DNA of 64,000 bases, from contig OX597829.1 of NCBI GenBank assembly GCA_951406725.2, forward strand, positions 52,390,001-52,454,000, given 5' to 3'. The notes under the pieces were generated by a model. It searched no databases. It had not been told where the DNA came from and was given only the letters and a program-made list of their open reading frames with translations. Position numbers and translations under genes: made by a program. This stretch comes from Octopus vulgaris. Its lineage: Eukaryota. Below are positions 61,221-64,000 of the stretch, piece after piece; position 1 is the first letter of the stretch; the number at the start of each line of letters is the position of its first letter.

Positions 61221-64000
61221 AATTATTTGGGAAGTTGAAATTTGAAGTAAAGCAATATCAAGTAGGTTTAGACAGTTCCTGTGTAAAGAAGGAATAATAT
61301 TTTGGTAAAGATGTCATATTTTCAAAACAAGAGTATTCTGAACCCATTCTTGATATATTTATCTAAGCAGCATTCACTGGGAAATGTATTTATTATTCAG
61401 TCAACTTGAAGGAACTATATACACTCCCTTCACTCTCGTTTGAATCACAGCTATGCTGGAATGTGATCCCAACTTTCTTTCAGTTGGTGATTGTGAAACT
61501 TATATGTATGTCACAAATCTTTTGAAGCTTGAAACTGGGAGGTTACAGGAACTCTTAATTGTTTGATATTGCTAAAAGGAAAAAAAAAAAAAAAGGCTTT
61601 TAACCCTTTAATATTCGGATTATTTTGTCAAAAATATAAATTGCTTATTTATCCACATTGTTTTCAGTTAACCATGCATTATCTCATAGCTTACATATTC
61701 TGATGTGATTGATTACTTTTAGAATGACATTGTAGGGTAAGTGTGATAAGCTGGATCTGGCTGCTTTCAACATAAAACAGGTAGAATATTTGGACCTGAT
61801 ATGGTCAGTTTAACACTCTATCAAATGTAAAGCATGATTAATTGAAAACAATGTGAATAAGCATCATCTTGTAGCTCTGAGATTTCAATGATGTGGTTGT
61901 TTATTTTTAGAATGACATTGTAGGGTAGTTGTGTGGTCAGATCTGGCTGGTTTGACCATAAAACAATATTTTGGCTGGTTTAAATGCTAAAGCGTTAAAT
62001 TAATTAAATCACATCAAAAATGAGTTAAATCAATGACAGAAAAGAAAAACAAAAGCTGGGCTATCAACATATATTCATCAGTTAAATTACATCCAGCAGC
62101 AATTATTTTATCTTAATCACCAAGTATCTTTTGCTCTTGCCACGGATTGCTTTAACCCTTTTGTTACCAACCTGGCTGAAACTGACTCTGGCTCTGAGTA
62201 CAAATGTCTTGTTTTCATAAGTTTTGAATTGAAATCTGCCACCAAACCTTAGTCACAATTCTGCAAAGCATCCCATCAGGCACTGTAAATGCTTCTGCTT
62301 GGAATTCACTATCTTTTTTTCCTATTAAGTATTGCAGAGTTTATCTATAGATTTTAGGCATCTCTGTAATTGAAAGATGTTTGTATCTTGTCTTTATATA
62401 CAATATCTTTGTGAATAGCGAGCTGGCAGAATTGTTAGCACACCAGGTGGAATGCTTAGTGTTTTGTCTATCCTTATGTTCTGAGTTCAAATTCTGCCGA
62501 GATCTACTTTGCTTTTCCTCCTTTTAGAGTTGATAAAATAAGTACCAGTGAAACAGTGGGGGGTCGATGTAATCAATTTTAATACTCCAAGGTATGAGTG
62601 AAAAAGGAAAAACTGCAGCCCTCTGCCAAGCCGTGTTCAACCAGCAAGGCAAAGTAGGATCATGGAAGTAGCATGATCTCTTGGTGGAGAGAACATGGTG
62701 AGGCCTTTGTCCTGCAGTGGACTGAATATAAGCAATCCAATCTTTGTGTACAATAAAAGAGGAAGTAACCTAACCAGTTTCATTGTGTGTTAGGATTTCA
62801 TCTACAACCATTTATTCTGTTTAACTGTACACTGAGACATGTCTTATAAACCCAATATTTGCATGGGACTAAGTAGATCAGATAGACTGATCTGCACTTG
62901 TAACTTTTGATTGGAACAAAGATATTCATGAAGATATTGTATATAGACACACAACCTTATGGTCTCAAGTTCAGTCCCACTGCACAGCACCATGGTAAAG
63001 TGTCTTCTATTATAATCCCTGGTCAACTAAAGCCTTGTGAATGGATTTGGAGGTGGAAACTGAAAGCAATTTGTCAAACATAATATATGCATATATGTTT
63101 GTGCTTCCTCATCTTGATATAGAATGATACTTGTAAACAAGCGTCACCACCATACGAGTAGTACCACTTATGTCCATTCTTTCATAAAAACCTGTCTGGT
63201 CATGGGAAATATTAGCTTGCTTGGAAACAAGTGAGAAACAACAAGAAGGGCATTTAGCCATTTAGCCAGAAAATCTGCTTCAACAAAGTCTGATTCATGG
63301 AGAAGCGGACATTAAAATGACAATGTTACTACCACTGCTGCTGCTACTACTACTATTACCACATCAAAAGAATGTAAAAATGAGCAAATGGTTCAAAACT
63401 ATTTGCATTGGTTCTGTTGCTAAACCTCAAATATGACAATCATTTGTTAGGTTTTTACGTTTTTTTTCAATCTGTGATTTGGTTTTAATTCCCTGCTGAA
63501 GTTTTTACACTTCATTTCACACGAGCAGTGATGCTGCTAACAAAAATAAACAATAAAAAAGTCCTTTCTTACTGCTTGAATAACCCTTTCTACTAAAGGC
63601 ATAAGGTCTGAAATTTTGTGGGAGGGCACTAGTTGATTACATCAACCCCGGTGGCACACTGGTACTTAATTTATTGACCCTGAAATGACGAAAGGCAAAG
63701 TTGACCTTGGTGGTATTTGAACTCAGAACATGAAGATGAACAAAACGCTGCTAATCATTTTACTTGGTGTGCTACTGATTGCTGCCTTTTAAATGCTTAA
63801 ATAATGATTCTCGTTATACAAATAGCTGCAATGACATTCCTCTAAAGGGTCTTCTTGATAGGGTACATAAGCATGGAGATAAGGGTATCACTCCATGTCG
63901 ACTTGCTACTTTTCTGCATTGAGAGGTGACAATTCCATTATTATGGATATGTGATTTTCTTCCTGTGCTTTTCTAAGCACAAGATGGATTCTTTAAGCTG

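Overview
AT-rich, microsatellite-dense eukaryotic DNA. The SINE/MITE repertoire and (TA/TG/CA)n density suggest an octopus or other cephalopod genome (inference). There is no intact protein-coding gene, and most listed ORFs are artefacts of simple repeats or SINEs. Main contents: a decayed Ty3/gypsy LTR retrotransposon (6702-10934; ~100-bp LTRs, GTTTG TSD, doubled tRNA-Ser PBS) inserted in an 82-bp satellite; tRNA-derived SINEs; piggyBac-, hAT- and Tc1-type MITEs; RTE LINE relics; and a candidate promoter and first coding exon (MSE|GTAAGT at 28506). The most striking signal is a set of hammerhead ribozyme (HHR) motifs in short non-coding Penelope/retrozyme-like repeats. Three are canonical type I HHRs on the minus strand (23413-23491, 23722-23806, 58440-58501). 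Three others (5543-5620, 11247-11324, 20721-20795) have their three strands in a non-circularly permuted, pseudoknotted order, with compensatory base changes between two divergent versions. All structures were folded by eye and need computational and biochemical confirmation.
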